Of a stretch of DNA of 64,000 nt, positions 62,453 through 64,000 are shown piece by piece (the first letter of the stretch is position 1; each line of letters opens with the position of its first letter). Below the pieces are notes generated by a model. It ran no database searches. It was not told the DNA's origin and saw only the letters and a list, made by a program, of their open reading frames with translations. Source of the DNA: Utricularia gibba (lineage: Eukaryota; Plantae; Magnoliophyta); assembly GCA_002189035.1 (NCBI GenBank), contig NEEC01000016.1:806001-870000 (forward strand), written 5' to 3'. The translations under genes and the position numbers were made by a program.

Positions 62453-63979
62453 ATGGGGAACGTGTTCGTGAAGAAACCTAAGATCACGGAGGTCGACAAA
62501 GCCATTCTTTCTCTCAAAACCCAGCGGCGGAAGCTTGCGCAATACCAACAACAGGTATTTTTTGCTGCACTTTCCTTTTTCATCACTGGGTTTTGGGGTT
62601 TTGAGAATTTCATGTTAGGTTGATGTGGATGATAAATTCAATCTCATCACTGGGAGAGGATGGGGCAGTTTCTTTTTTCATCACTTGAGGGTGCTTATGG
62701 ATTTTTTTCTTTATTTTTGTAATGGCTCAATTTATTGTGCATTGAATTTTGATTTATTCATTCTGAGCATCCTAAGGTCACATAAATTGAAATCGTTCCA
62801 CTTTTACTCCCTCGGAGCCTCTCTAGAACTTGCAAGAAAATTTAAGGGATTCAAGCATATGTACCAGGGTTTGATTAGGCAGCTAATCTCAAACAGGATA
62901 TCAAGGTGTGCGTAGGATGGTGGATGCATTTAAATTATCAGTTGAATGCTGCATTGCTTCTATGGATGGAGTACTCTTTCCCTGCTGTTTCATTCTTCTT
63001 TCTTGTTGCTTCCAGTTGGAGGCTGTCATTGATGCTGAAAAGCAAGCTGCTATAGATTTGCTCCGTGAGAAGAAGAAAGATCGGGCATTATTAGCATTGA
63101 AGAAGAAGAAGCTTCAAGAGGACTTGTTGAAGCAAGTTGATGGCTGGCTCATTAACGTCGAACAGCAAGTACGTCATTCAACTCCAACTTCTCTCTCACC
63201 ATTATAATATTTTACGGCCTTGGTGTTGAGAATTGACACTGCTGCATCAGTTGGCAGACGTTGAATTGGCAAGCAAGCAAAAAGCAGTATTCGAGAGTTT
63301 GAAAGCTGGAAATAATGCAGTAAAGGCAATACAGAGTGAGATCAACCTGGATGATGTGCAAAAACTAGTTGATGACTCTGCTGAAGCAAAAGCGTATCAA
63401 GACGTGAGCACTTCATAGATCCCATTTCTCCATACCCTGCTTTTAGATATACACTATTTAGTTTCAAGCAACAGTTTTTACGTTTCTGTGATTATTTCTT
63501 ATCCCTTAGCCGGAAGAATGCCCTGTTCTCACTATATAATTGATGCATATACTCCTGTATAGGAGATTAATGCCATTTTGGGAGAGAAGTTATCTGCTGA
63601 AGATGAAGAAGAGGTTTTGGCCGAATTTGAGAATCTGGAGGCGCAGGTCCGTTGTCTTGCTGTTCATAGATATTAGGCTCTTAATGCCATTTCTACTTTA
63701 ATGGCTGCATTGACAACATTGAACATTGATTCGTGCAGATAACCCTTCAAGATCTGCCCAAGGTTCCATCCGCAGCACAGCCTTCTGAAGAATATGAAGA
63801 GAAGCTAGATCTTCCTGATGTGCCCACGAGTACACCTTCCATCACAGAGGAAATAACTGAAATTCCTGAGCGTAGAAAAGGTTTGTCCCACGCCTCATTT
63901 CTTGCTCTTTCATAGACACCGCCTCACAAAACTTAATTTTTGACAAACTGCAGTTATGGAAGAACCACTCCCCGCATAA
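62453..63979 (+). CDS. VPS20: ESCRT-III subunit VPS20 (CHMP6, Snf7 family)
   Basis: [28 protein letters not shown] with Gly2 myristoylation motif. Six exons 62453-62554, 63016-63168, 63251-63403, 63563-63646, 63739-63880, 63954-63979, ending VMEEPLPA*. Confidence 0.94.
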
Positions 63980-64000
63980 TCCTTCTTTAGTTTCTGGAAA

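Overview
Gene-dense flowering-plant (eudicot) nuclear DNA with spliceosomal introns. I resolve 14 apparently intact protein genes. In order: a NETWORKED1/KIP1-like actin-binding gene running off the left edge (missed by the ORF track), strictosidine-synthase-like LAP3/SSL13, the 4R-MYB SNAPc4 homologue, TMK4-type LRR receptor kinase, a 64-aa SERF/4F5 microprotein, a mitochondrial-type RRM protein, acetyl-CoA synthetase, an isocitrate-lyase/PEP-mutase superfamily enzyme, TOUGH, polygalacturonase 1, biotin synthase BIO2, ARP4, SAC9 and polygalacturonase 3. VPS20 at the right edge makes a 15th. There are also two damaged loci: a doubly frameshifted polygalacturonase and an orphan RRP36 3' fragment. 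I found two complete MITE-like elements and two partial copies of one of them. The most notable observations are an AT-AC U12 intron after a 7-nt first coding exon, a 23-bp direct repeat bracketing a BIO2 intron, and an uncharacterised C-terminal domain on the lyase-family enzyme. No tRNA, rRNA, snoRNA or CRISPR array could be supported. Family calls and Arabidopsis locus IDs are from recalled sequence knowledge, not database searches; exon boundaries were read by eye. I did not find a convincing new multi-gene system.
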